A DNA stretch of 64,000 bases. Source: Pachysolen tannophilus NRRL Y-2460. Taxonomy: Eukaryota. The notes below the pieces were generated by a model, which ran no database searches, had not been told where the DNA came from, and saw nothing but the letters and a program-made list of their open reading frames with translations. A program made the translations under genes and the position numbers. Below are positions 23,032 to 33,711 of the stretch, in pieces (position 1 is the first letter of the stretch; the number at the start of each line of letters is the position of its first letter). Location: assembly GCA_001661245.1 (NCBI GenBank), contig KV454011.1, positions 2,037,271-2,101,270 on the forward strand, read 5' to 3'.

Positions 23032-25386
23032 TTATAGATCGAATCGTCCGTTAACGAACTCATCATCAATATGGTTGTCGTCATCTAGATCCATTTTATC
23101 GTCATCTTCTTCGGCATAGTTATCATGGTCATCAATAACATCTTCATCAGGTGGAAGATTTGGATCGCTTAATACCAAGGATTCACTTACTTTTAACGAA
23201 TTTTTAATATTTCTATTGTTTAAAGTATTGTTATTATTAACATTTCCTGAACCAAAATGATCAAACATTGTACTTTCATCAACGTAAGTAAACCCATTGA
23301 AATTTGCTTGAATTGCTGGAGATAAAGGTGTTGAAGCCAAATGAAATTGTTTATTGATGACTGAGGTCGAGGTATTTGTAAATTCAGGGTCAAAATTCGA
23401 AGTATCAGTTTCACTTGTTAAATGAGGTTTAAAAGGAGGTGGGATTTTTTTTGCTTTTAAAAGTTCCCAATCAATATCTTGGAAAAAAGGATGAGCTCTC
23501 AACTCTCTAGCATCATTAATAGCACCTAATCTATGATTAGGATTTCTATTCAATAATCCCTTAACAAAAGATCGTCCTTCTGGTGATAATACTTCTTTTG
23601 GAAATCTTACTTTACCAAATGCAATATTTTTATACATTTGTTGTGTATTATCTGCATAAAATGGTGACCAACCACAACACATTTCAAAAATTAAAACACC
23701 TAATGACCAAAAATCAACCATTTTTGTATAACCAGATTCATCTAATAATACTTCAGGTGCTAAATATTCTGTAGTACCACAAAATGTATTTGTAGTTCCA
23801 TCAGAAGATAAATTAGCTTTTGAAAGTCCAAAATCACATAATGCAGTATGTCCATTAGCATCCAATAAAATATTCTCAGGTTTTAAATCTCTGTAAACTA
23901 TATCGTTATCATGCAAATGCTCTAATGCAAGTACTAATTCTGCAATATAAAATTTGGCACGATCTTCAGTAAATCTGCCTTCTTTTTGTAAATGCCAAAA
24001 TAATTCACCACCAGACATATAATCGGTGACTAAATATAAATCTTGAGGAGTTTGGAAAGAAAATTTCAAACCAACAATAAAAGAACTTGCCAGGGTTGAA
24101 GTTCTTACAAGAATATTTCTTTCTCCAATAGTATGAGCTATTTCTTTTTTTCTAACAATAAGTTTCTTAGACAAAACTTTCATGGCATAAATTCTTGAAG
24201 TGTCCTTCTTTCTTACTTGGAAAACTTGACCAAAAGTACCTTTACCCAATAATCTTAACACTTCAAAATCTTCAGGACCATAATGTCTCTTAACAGTAGC
24301 AAAATATTCCCACTTGACTCTGATTTTCCCCGTAACACGTTCACCTGGTACTCTTCCTTTCAATTCAATCCATTGTTCATTTGTTGAATTATCTTCAATA
24401 GTTTGTGGAACAATTCTTACATGACCTAAAAATGCATCATCACATTCTGAATCATATACAGATACATCCAATTCCGATTTAGCTCCAACCACATCAAATA
24501 TGGTTTGATGATGCCAGGTAGGACTAATCGGGTTAAACCCTTGCTTTATTTGAAACTTGCCAAAAGTTTGTGTTGAAGATTGTCTTTGATAAATTGGTTT
24601 ACTGTTTTTATTTTTTTCCAAATGAGTTAAATCAGTATTTGGTACCGCTGCCGTTGTTCCAACACTCTCTGGACCATGAGTGATAAATTCTGAACTTTCA
24701 AAAGTACATACTGCATAGGGTAAAGATCTTCTATTCTTATGAACATGTAAACCATGAGCTTCAACAATCGTAACTCTCAATTTACCTCTTGGAATCGAAG
24801 TAGCTGGTTGCGAATCATCTGCAATCGCATTCATCAGTCTGGTCGCTTCTTTAAGAATTTGTTGTTGTTGTTGTTGTTGCTGGTGAACTTGCGGCAGCAG
24901 TTGTTGGTGCTGATGCGACTGCGATTGTGCCAGGTTACCACCAGCACCACCGCTCGATAAATTGCTATTGTTACCACCAAGCCCAACATTTTTATTTATA
25001 AAAGCTTCACTTGTGGAGGCGGTCGATGTAGTTCCATATGCAAATTGATTACTACTCAAAGCTATTGTTGGAGTTGAAGTCTGTTTGACTATATTTGGCG
25101 GGAAATTACTCATATTCGTCAGCGTGCTGTGCAGTCCTGAAGATGACATCGACGATGATTTGGATTTCGAAACCGGAGTGTTGCTTTTTTCTGGAGCATA
25201 AGATGGCGGATCACCCAGCTCTTGTTGTTCTTGTAGCTGTTGTTGTTGGTGCTGTTGCTGTTGTTGTTGCGGCGGCAGCGGCTGTTGTTGTTGTTGTTGT
25301 TGATCTGTTCCATTCTGTTCCTCTCCTGTTTGTGAGTTGTTCTGCTTGAATCCTCCAAAATGAAAAAATTTTGCGAATTCCGCCAT
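23032..25386 (-). CDS. SCH9: AGC kinase Sch9
   Basis: Q-rich N-terminus, C2 domain, kinase domain (GKGTFGQV, YRDLKPEN, TTNTFCGTTEYLAPE), hydrophobic motif FNGFTYVDE; first ATG 25386. Confidence 0.95.
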   Translation of the reverse strand: MAEFAKFFHFGGFKQNNSQTGEEQNGTDQQQQQQQPLPPQQQQQQHQQQQLQEQQELGDPPSYAPEKSNTPVSKSKSSSMSSSGLHSTLTNMSNFPPNIVKQTSTPTIALSSNQFAYGTTSTASTSEAFINKNVGLGGNNSNLSSGGAGGNLAQSQSHQHQQLLPQVHQQQQQQQQILKEATRLMNAIADDSQPATSIPRGKLRVTIVEAHGLHVHKNRRSLPYAVCTFESSEFITHGPESVGTTAAVPNTDLTHLEKNKNSKPIYQRQSSTQTFGKFQIKQGFNPISPTWHHQTIFDVVGAKSELDVSVYDSECDDAFLGHVRIVPQTIEDNSTNEQWIELKGRVPGERVTGKIRVKWEYFATVKRHYGPEDFEVLRLLGKGTFGQVFQVRKKDTSRIYAMKVLSKKLIVRKKEIAHTIGERNILVRTSTLASSFIVGLKFSFQTPQDLYLVTDYMSGGELFWHLQKEGRFTEDRAKFYIAELVLALEHLHDNDIVYRDLKPENILLDANGHTALCDFGLSKANLSSDGTTNTFCGTTEYLAPEVLLDESGYTKMVDFWSLGVLIFEMCCGWSPFYADNTQQMYKNIAFGKVRFPKEVLSPEGRSFVKGLLNRNPNHRLGAINDARELRAHPFFQDIDWELLKAKKIPPPFKPHLTSETDTSNFDPEFTNTSTSVINKQFHLASTPLSPAIQANFNGFTYVDESTMFDHFGSGNVNNNNTLNNRNIKNSLKVSESLVLSDPNLPPDEDVIDDHDNYAEEDDDKMDLDDDNHIDDEFVNGRFDL

Positions 25387-26211
25387 TATCAATATTAATA
25401 CAATAAACAAAAAAAAATTTTGCCTCTAAACGAATTTTTTAAATAAAACTTTATAACGTAGAAATGTTCTTCTACCTTGATAATAATAAAATATTATGAA
25501 AATCACAACTGAAAACTTCTAAAGATATTAGTATAAAAAATTCATAATCTCCATTACCATCTCTGGATTAAATCATAACAAAAACTTACAATTTTTATAT
25601 TCTATATCAACTCAACGTTAAAACATATAAAAAAAAGCAAAAAAAAAAAAAAAAAAAAAGTAAAAAAAGAAGAAAAGAAACTCAAAACTAAAGCCAATCT
25701 TTTAAAAAGCAAAAAGCAAAAAATAAATTGACAAAAGAAAACCACAACTATATCTGATGATGCTAAAGAATACTGGGTTGTAATATAGCTTTATATATTA
25801 ATTATTAATACAACTATCTTTTATAAAATATATATGATTTAACCGCTGCTTCAAGCTTTTAGTTCTGCTATCTCAAGCGAGACAAAAAAGATAAAAAAAA
25901 TTTTCTTGGATTTACCCGGACCAACGAGTTCTTCGTACAACACCCATTATCTTTGAGGAGTAAACGGCGAGATGATAGGTGGAAGGTGAAAGGTGAAAGA
26001 TTAATCAAGGTAGTAGAGGATATGTGTTGGACATCTTACAGAAGAGTTCGTTATTATGAGAAGATATAACATTAAAGATTGAAGAGATAGTTAGCTATGT
26101 GATTGTCTTTTTTTTTGCGTTTCTTCTTAGTATTTATATTTCGGTGCTTATATCCGAGCATCACCCCCTTTTCCTTGGTGTACCCCCTTTCGTAAAAAGA
26201 TTTCATCAATG

Positions 26212-29200
26212 TTATCCAAACCAAACTCTCATATTTTCTACTGGGTCTCCGCTGATTATCAATAGACCATTAGATGTTGCCTTCAACTCGCCCGTTTGTA
26301 ATCTAGTATCGTTCAGACTGATCCAGACAATCTCATTCTCGTTGATATCTTTACCGTTGACTTTTAGTGCACGTAAAATCGAATCTCCACTAGTTGTCAA
26401 CTCAAATTCTTCTTGTTCGTCGTATGGTTGTTGTGAATATTTAACCTTTCTTATATATTCACCAGTTATATAGTTATTTTGCGAGTCAATTTTGCCCTCA
26501 CTTAGTTTTTCAAATTTCAGTCTTAGACCATTCAATTCTCCAACGAAACAGTCATTGGCTAAAACATAAGGAGTTGTTTCATCGAGGAACATTTGATCCA
26601 AGTAGTCCTTATAACGAAACTCATCAGCCGGTATTAGTTTATAAACATCAGCATATCTAATTTTATCCTTTGGATCAAACAATGCTTCGAATGTTTCTGT
26701 TGTAGGAACCCTTGATGATTGAGGTAATTGTTGTAAATTATTATGAGACGTATATAGGTCATAAAAAAATCTTGAAAGTTCAATACTGTTTGCACCCTCT
26801 TTGAAAAATCTTGTGGAGTTGTTTAATATCAGTAATTCGTCGTGCTTATTTCCATTCAAGTATAAAGGTTTAATCAATGAATTACGATACCTTTCATCAA
26901 TGTGATACAACTCTGGTGATAATAATAGCAGGGAATTCACAAAAGACTTTGAAATCTCTTGTCCTTTATTACGATATGCAAGCGGTAATATGCATGTTTG
27001 TAAATTTAAATAATCCAATGACTGTTCTAACTTGTAGTCTTCTAAATTGGTCATTATTGTGGCTGGACCACGGTTGAGATCCATGGAGTTTATTTTTTCA
27101 AAATCTTTTCGTCTTATCTCGTTTTCAGGTATCAATTTCTTATCAGCTAATTCTTTGTCTACCATTGCTATGACTTCTTGACGAAACCTTGGGTTAGAAT
27201 TAAAAACAGAATTAATATAGTCATCATGAAGTAATTCATCATCTTCCAATTCTATCTTATCCAATAGCTCTGACATATATTCAGAATTCAAAACATTGTC
27301 AAACATATCTTCTGGATGATTAGAAATAATCAGTTCACGAAACTGTGCTTCTGCATTCTCATTTAAGATATCTTTTGGATTAATACCTTCTCCTGTCTTC
27401 AATATATCACCATTTTTTTCGCTGTTTTCTATTTTTTCCTTGATCAGCGATAATAATTTATCAATATTTTTACTGAAAAAATTAATTGCAAATTTCTGTT
27501 TAATTTGTTGTTTTTTATCAATAGTAAATTTTTCAGTTAAATCTTCTTTTGTCTGTTGTATTAATAATCTTTTGGATTCCGGAGATAAAGTGTTAAAATC
27601 TACGTTATTATTGTTTTCATAAAAATATGAAAGTACCGTTTGCTTAAAATCATTTGCTTTATCAAAAATTTCGCCAAGTGGAAATCTATTTGGAGTATAT
27701 TTTGCAATTGGAGGAGTATTCAGATTGTTCAGATGAGTTAAAGATTTAAAATTAGTATCATTATTTTGAGAAAACCAATCAAATTTGGTGATTTCTGGTA
27801 ACAATTTTTTATCAAACCATAATGGGTGTCCTTCGGTAGAGAAAATCAAATTTGATACATTATTTTGATGTACTTGGTTTTCTTCGTCAAATAATAAGTA
27901 TAAATATTTCAAAGTTTCACTCAATACAAAACTTTCCATTTTATTTTGTCTCTTATCTGTTAAAACATCCACCACTCCTGCAAATCCACAAGGAGCTCTG
28001 AAAACTTTATCCAATTTGTATAATATATCTTGACCTATTTGTAAATATATTGGGTCGCGTGTTGCACGATATAAATGATAAGTTGATTCAATAAATTCTG
28101 GTCTCAAAGGGTACCATTCCAATGCTATGGAATTCTTAAATAATAATTGTTGTTTTTCAAGACTTGATAATTTCTCAATTTTTTTGGCATTATTTCTTAA
28201 AAGCTCATCAGCATCCATAAAATTCCATCTTTCAGGGATAGACCTATAAGTCTCCCATAATTTCAAATATACTAAATGGTAATGAACTGCATTCTCTACA
28301 TCACCTGCCAATACTTGTAAACCAGGCCAAAACGCGCTTAAAGAATCTATCCAGCTAGTCAGTATAAACCCTGTTGTTGCATCTACATTGTTATACATCC
28401 AATCATTACGCAAATGAGTATTAACTGCTTTATAACCATACTCCCATACTTTTAACATTTCATCATCATCAAACAATATGGCTGATTTTAAAGCATATTC
28501 ATAAAAAGAATCCACCGATGCGCCTATCCCTGTAAAGCTATCAAGCCATTTTCCGTGTTCAAAATCAATTGTCATTGGTAATAAATCAAGTTCAGTTCGT
28601 GAATTCCAAATTGTATAAAAAGCTTTTTTAGAAATTTTTTCAAATTTTGGATCACCAGTTAATTTCGATAACAAAGTCAATTCCAATACCGGAGAAGCTG
28701 CACCTGCAGTGCAAGTCTCCATTTGTATAGATTTAGGTGTAGCTAAAGGACCTTTTGCTAAATTAGTTCTTGGGAAAGGTATCCCTGTTGGAGTATTAAA
28801 TGCCAAGATTAATCTTTCACCTAAATCATAAGCCAATTTAAGTAAAAACCCATCGTATCCCAGGATTGCGAAATTTTTCCGTTCATCTGAAGCATATAAA
28901 TGAGCACTTAGTAATCCTCCTAATATTCTAATATTTGTTTCAAAAATTTGAACATTGGAATTTATTTCAAAATTAGGATATGCTTCCTTCAGCCAATATA
29001 TTAATTTGTGGAAAATTTCTGGTTCATTCATAATTATAAAAGTATCCAAATTATCAAAAACTGTTAATGAATAATTCCCCAATACATCATTTTTCACTGT
29101 ATTTTCAAAATCATTATAATCTGGCATATTCGCTTCACACGTCAATGGTTTCACCTCATCATAAGGAAACCCATGGTCTAAATATGAATTCCAGGCATGA

Positions 29201-29427
29201 TTGAATAGCTGCTTGGTTTTATTCTTAAGCAACTGTTTATGAGCTTTGGTAAATGTAGATTGATAAACTTGATCATCCCGTAAAGGAATATGCGAAGTCT
29301 TCACAGGCTGTGAAGTTTGTGAAGTTTGCCAAGATTGATTCACCACAACTGCTGAATCTTTAGAGACACATATATCTATAAATATCACTAGTACCAATAG
29401 CACTATGCGCAACAGTACTCTGATCAT
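26212..29427 (-). CDS. MNL1: ER alpha-1,2-mannosidase-like protein (GH47, EDEM/Htm1)
   Basis: Signal peptide from ATG 29427; FETNIRILGGLLSAH, GIGASVDSFYEY, YPLRPEFIES, MESFVLSETLKY, FSTEGHP. Confidence 0.9.
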   Translation of the reverse strand: MIRVLLRIVLLVLVIFIDICVSKDSAVVVNQSWQTSQTSQPVKTSHIPLRDDQVYQSTFTKAHKQLLKNKTKQLFNHAWNSYLDHGFPYDEVKPLTCEANMPDYNDFENTVKNDVLGNYSLTVFDNLDTFIIMNEPEIFHKLIYWLKEAYPNFEINSNVQIFETNIRILGGLLSAHLYASDERKNFAILGYDGFLLKLAYDLGERLILAFNTPTGIPFPRTNLAKGPLATPKSIQMETCTAGAASPVLELTLLSKLTGDPKFEKISKKAFYTIWNSRTELDLLPMTIDFEHGKWLDSFTGIGASVDSFYEYALKSAILFDDDEMLKVWEYGYKAVNTHLRNDWMYNNVDATTGFILTSWIDSLSAFWPGLQVLAGDVENAVHYHLVYLKLWETYRSIPERWNFMDADELLRNNAKKIEKLSSLEKQQLLFKNSIALEWYPLRPEFIESTYHLYRATRDPIYLQIGQDILYKLDKVFRAPCGFAGVVDVLTDKRQNKMESFVLSETLKYLYLLFDEENQVHQNNVSNLIFSTEGHPLWFDKKLLPEITKFDWFSQNNDTNFKSLTHLNNLNTPPIAKYTPNRFPLGEIFDKANDFKQTVLSYFYENNNNVDFNTLSPESKRLLIQQTKEDLTEKFTIDKKQQIKQKFAINFFSKNIDKLLSLIKEKIENSEKNGDILKTGEGINPKDILNENAEAQFRELIISNHPEDMFDNVLNSEYMSELLDKIELEDDELLHDDYINSVFNSNPRFRQEVIAMVDKELADKKLIPENEIRRKDFEKINSMDLNRGPATIMTNLEDYKLEQSLDYLNLQTCILPLAYRNKGQEISKSFVNSLLLLSPELYHIDERYRNSLIKPLYLNGNKHDELLILNNSTRFFKEGANSIELSRFFYDLYTSHNNLQQLPQSSRVPTTETFEALFDPKDKIRYADVYKLIPADEFRYKDYLDQMFLDETTPYVLANDCFVGELNGLRLKFEKLSEGKIDSQNNYITGEYIRKVKYSQQPYDEQEEFELTTSGDSILRALKVNGKDINENEIVWISLNDTRLQTGELKATSNGLLIISGDPVENMRVWFG

Positions 29428-30040
29428 CCTTACCGCCCTATCCAAAATCAAATAAATTGCAAACCCTTGAATAAATTGAAAGGGAAAAACTTCATATTTA
29501 CCATTTTTTACATAAAAATAGAGATCTATCTGAAAAAAAAAAATAGTGTACAGTGCGGCCTGCACTGTATGTTAGAAAGAAAGAAATCGAAAAACAAGTA
29601 GTGTCACAATCTCTAAATTCCTAAAACGGTAATTTTGTGTGTGTGTGTGTATTTTTTTGTTCTGATAAACAGTAGTGTGTCTAGTGACATAAACTGAAAA
29701 TAATGTTTTTTTTTCTTTTCTTTTTTATAGCTAGGGCTGTTGATTTTCAAGAATGGCCTTAGGCCTTAAAAGGTCATCTGCTGATCCAAAATTTATTCTC
29801 GGATTTTCTCGCTTGTTTTCCACCATTGTTAGCCGCCCGCTTTAGGCGGGACCTTTATGGGTCAAAAAAAAAATACTAATCTTTAATACCTTGAAAAATT
29901 TTTCACTATGAAGCCATCATACAACCTCAAAATAGCGATTATATATATAAACGGCTGAGTTTCTTGCTTTTTTTTTTTTTTTCTTTATTTCTTTTGCTTT
30001 TTATTTATTTAATAAAGTAATTGCTTTAGAATTTAAAAAA

Positions 30041-32176
30041 ATGACTCTTTCATATCAGGCTTCGAATGCTATTGTTTTTTTAACCTATGGGCTGTTATTA
30101 GTCTCAGGTGTTTCTTTAGCGTTATGGAAAAGAAATGATAAGACTTCATTTTTATGTTCTAACGGAACACAAAGAGCCTTACCTCTTTCATTAAATTTCA
30201 TTGCAAGTTGTTAGTAACTCTTCACCTTTTTTTTTTTTTTTTTTTTGATAGAAAAAAAAAAAAAAAACAAAAAAGAGTTCTAAAACGATAAGTATATTTA
30301 ATAGTATTTCATAGTAATCCTTCTTTTTAAATCATAGTTTGAATCAAGTTTATATAAAAAAACAAAAAACAATATTTCAAAAGCGGGTGTCGATAGAAAT
30401 TTATATTTCGTTGGCTGAGATTATACCGTTTGAACTCGAACAAGTTAATGCTTGCGTGAGGATTATTAAATATTGTTGAATATGCCCAAGTTTTGGCTTT
30501 TTTTTTCCTTTTCTTTCTTAAATGAAAGGAGAAAAAGTAAGGGGAAAATATTGCTAATGCTGAACTCATCACAGCGTAATGGGCAAGCTTACGCTTTATC
30601 TTTGTCCTTCTTTTTCTTTTTATTTTTTTTTTTTTCTTTCTTCCCAAAATTTTTTCCAAGATGAAAGTCATACTAACTTAATATATGGAATATAGCAATG
30701 GGTGCGGGTATTTTAACTACATATTCTCAAATTGCCAATGTTGCAGGTATTCATGGTTTACTTACATATACCATAACAGGTGCAATTCCAATTTTTTTGT
30801 TTTCTTTTTTCGGACCAATGATTAGACGGAGATGTCCAGATGGATTTGTATTAACCGAATGGGTGTACCATAGGTATGGTATCTTGACTATGTTATACTT
30901 GTCAGGTTTTACAATCTTGACGATGTTTTTATTTATGGTTTCAGAATTGGCTGCTATTTCGTTGGCCATTGAAGCTGTAACTGGTGTGAATACCACGGCT
31001 TCAACTGTTGTTGAATGTCTTGTTACTACAATCTATACTGCAATTGGTGGGTTTAAAGTTTCATTTTTAACCGATACTATTCAAGCTGCTTTTGTATTGT
31101 TAGTACTGATCATTGGTACTATTACTTATGGTACTCAGATACATATCGATCGTGAATTGTATAATGAAACGAAACCTCAAATGTTGGAAGCAAATAAATT
31201 GGGATGGCAATTGTTATATATTTTATTTGTTGCCATTGTTACCAATGACTGTTTTCTTTCAGGATTTTGGTTAAGAACATTTGCTGCAAAGACCGATAAA
31301 GATTTATTTATTGCCACTGGAATCGCCTCTATTGTTGCTGCCATTATTTGTACCTTGGTTGGATTACCTGGTATTTTAGGTGTCTGGACAGGTGATTTAA
31401 TAATTGGTGATGATAATGGAGAGAATGCTTTCTTTATCTTATTGGCAAAGATGGATAATTGGACTATAGGTGTCTTGCTTTTATTTTTCGTTGCAATTTC
31501 AACTTGTACTTTTGATTCATTACAAAGTGGAATGACCTCTACAATTTCTAATGATATTTTCAGAAATCGTATTCCTTTGGTTTATATTAGAATCATTGTA
31601 TGCATCATCATTGTTCCTTGTATCATTGTTGCATTAAAAGTTGCTGATGATGTCTTGGAAATATATCTTATTGCAGATTTGGTCAGTAGTGCCATTATCC
31701 CAACAATCTTTTTAGGATTGTCAGATTATTTCTTCTTCTTGACAGGTTGGGAAGTTATGACTGGTGGATTTGGTGCATTATTGGGTGTTTTCATCTTTGG
31801 AACCGTTTATTACGGAGACGCAAAAGATGGAGGCAAGTTATTATTAATCTGGAATGGTATGTACGATCCAGAAGACTGGGGTGCCTTTGGCGCTTTTGTC
31901 ATTGCTCCTTTTGCCAGCATTCTAATTGCATTCATCGTAGCTGCCATTAGAATCAGTGGGTTATACGTTTATTCAAGAATAACGGGGAAACCTTTCACAG
32001 CTTTGGATAAACCCCTGAAGCAAATTTATGTAGATGACAACTTTCTTGGAAATGAGGCTGGTCAAGTAGTAGTAGAAGAAGAGGAAGAAGAAGAAGAAGG
32101 GGACCAATTATGTCAGGAGCATTTTTCCCTTGCAAACCATGAGAGTGGTAGTATCAAGAAGGATTATGAGTCCTAG
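30041..32176 (+). CDS. DUR31: DUR31-like sodium:solute symporter, probable thiamine transporter; 2 exons (30041-30209, 30696-32176)
   Basis: Exon 1 MTLSYQASNAIVFLTYG...LNFIAS joins in frame (T+CA) to MGAGILTTY; intron with GTTAGT, TACTAAC (30671), TAG (30695); many TM segments; intronic TPP riboswitch. Confidence 0.85.
30368..30477 (+). ncRNA. TPP riboswitch aptamer (intronic)
   Basis: P1 aacaatattt/aaatattgtt; P2 gcgg/ccgt; P3 gtcga..gaaat-ttat-atttc..ttggc; conserved CTGAGA, ATACC, TGAAC; P4 ctc/gag; P5 caag-ttaatg-cttg; GCG bulge. Confidence 0.93.
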
Positions 32177-32399
32177 GCGTGAGAGACATCCATTCTTCCA
32201 AAAAAAAAAAAAAAAAGAAAAAAAAAAAAATTTACAACATTACTGACCGCCTTTTTCAACTTTATTCTTTGATTTATAGTAAATAGTTAATTAACAATCT
32301 GAATCCTCTAAAATTCATTCAATATATATGGCTATATGAATCCATTTGTTGATATTTGTAAAGATTAATTCATTTTATATTTCGTTGTATTACTTTTAG

Positions 32400-32405
32400 A
32401 CGCGT
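32400..32405. promoter_or_regulatory. MCB element ACGCGT upstream of CSM3
   Basis: ACGCGT about 120 nt upstream of a replication-fork gene. Confidence 0.55.
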
Positions 32406-32524
32406 AAAAAAAAAAGATTACGTGAAAAAGAAAAAGAATTAAATCTTTTAGGATGTATTTATTATTTACATTTTTGAATGGTATTATTATTTGATAACAG
32501 TAACGAATTATAGAGAAGAGTAGG

Positions 32525-33556
32525 ATGGAATTAGAGCAGGAGTCATCTTTCAGCCACCGTGGGCTTTATAATGGATTTGAAGAAGAACATCCTGATTCAC
32601 CTGAAGCTCATCAGGAGGTGAGTTCAAGTCATAACGATATTTTAGGACTTGAGAAAGAAGTTCAAATCAAGACAAGAAGGAAATTAGTCACGTTAAATCA
32701 GGACAAGTTGCTTTCACGTAATGGTTTGCCTTATATTCAGAAGAATTACAAACGTATTAAATTACATCATGGTAAGGATTATGGATCTTCTGTTGGGAAA
32801 AGTGGAGATTTTACTTCGAGTCATTACTATAAAAATTTATCAAATATTTTACAATTTTATCAATTATGGGCACATAACTTGTTTCCCAAGCTGAATTTTA
32901 CAGATTTTATTAAATTGGCAAATAGACAAAGCTCAGGAAATTCTGCAAAAGTTCATATTTATAGAAGAGGTTTCATTGAACTGGAAATATGTAGGGTTTT
33001 CCCGGATGATGCTATTGTCGTAGGGCAACAGCAAGACGCTACATACGAGGCAAACGATAATGATAACGCAAACGAAAACGAAAACGATAACGGTGCAGGA
33101 ATAAACAGCGGGGAGCCACTAAGTCCTGAACTTAACAATAATAGTTTACCTGGGGAGCGTGATGAAATCATAAATAATGACGATTCTTTGATTTCACGAA
33201 CAAATGGATTATTTGTAGGAGAAGAAGATAACGATGAGGAAGAATTGTATACAACAAGCAAGAGAAATAACATTGTTCTCGGAAGTGACCTGGAGGACCA
33301 TGGAAACAGAGATCAGCCTGCTATTACTAGTAATAATCAAGGAAATGAAAATGTTCAACAAGAGGATGAGTTTTCAGACGAAGATGCAGATTTTACAGAA
33401 TTGTTAAATAAAAAAGCAGAAAAAATATCAACTGGACAGTTACATCAAGAAAACGAAGAAGAATTTCCTAGCATGGCAGAAGGATTTGAAAGCCGTCAAC
33501 TGCAAGAGGATGAATATGAGGATGAAATGGATGTGCTAAGAGCAATGGGTATGTGA
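32525..33556 (+). CDS. CSM3: Replication fork protection protein Csm3/Swi3
   Basis: LGLEKEVQI, KLLSRNGLPYI, ILQFYQLWAHNLFPKLNFTDFI; acidic tail. Confidence 0.85.
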   Translation: MELEQESSFSHRGLYNGFEEEHPDSPEAHQEVSSSHNDILGLEKEVQIKTRRKLVTLNQDKLLSRNGLPYIQKNYKRIKLHHGKDYGSSVGKSGDFTSSHYYKNLSNILQFYQLWAHNLFPKLNFTDFIKLANRQSSGNSAKVHIYRRGFIELEICRVFPDDAIVVGQQQDATYEANDNDNANENENDNGAGINSGEPLSPELNNNSLPGERDEIINNDDSLISRTNGLFVGEEDNDEEELYTTSKRNNIVLGSDLEDHGNRDQPAITSNNQGNENVQQEDEFSDEDADFTELLNKKAEKISTGQLHQENEEEFPSMAEGFESRQLQEDEYEDEMDVLRAMGM

Positions 33557-33711
33557 CCTGAACACAGAATAATGAAAAATGTGATTTTACTGTATAGTTA
33601 GTCATTGTTTCTATCATATAAAAAAATACCTTTTGTCATCCGTAATACTTTAAAATAAAAAAAAATTAAAAAAAAAAGTTAAAAGAATAACGAACTAAAA
33701 ACTGCTTTCCT

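Noticed and set aside
30327..30671. Short ORFs on both strands upstream of the transporter ORF
   Set aside because: They lie inside the riboswitch intron and are low complexity
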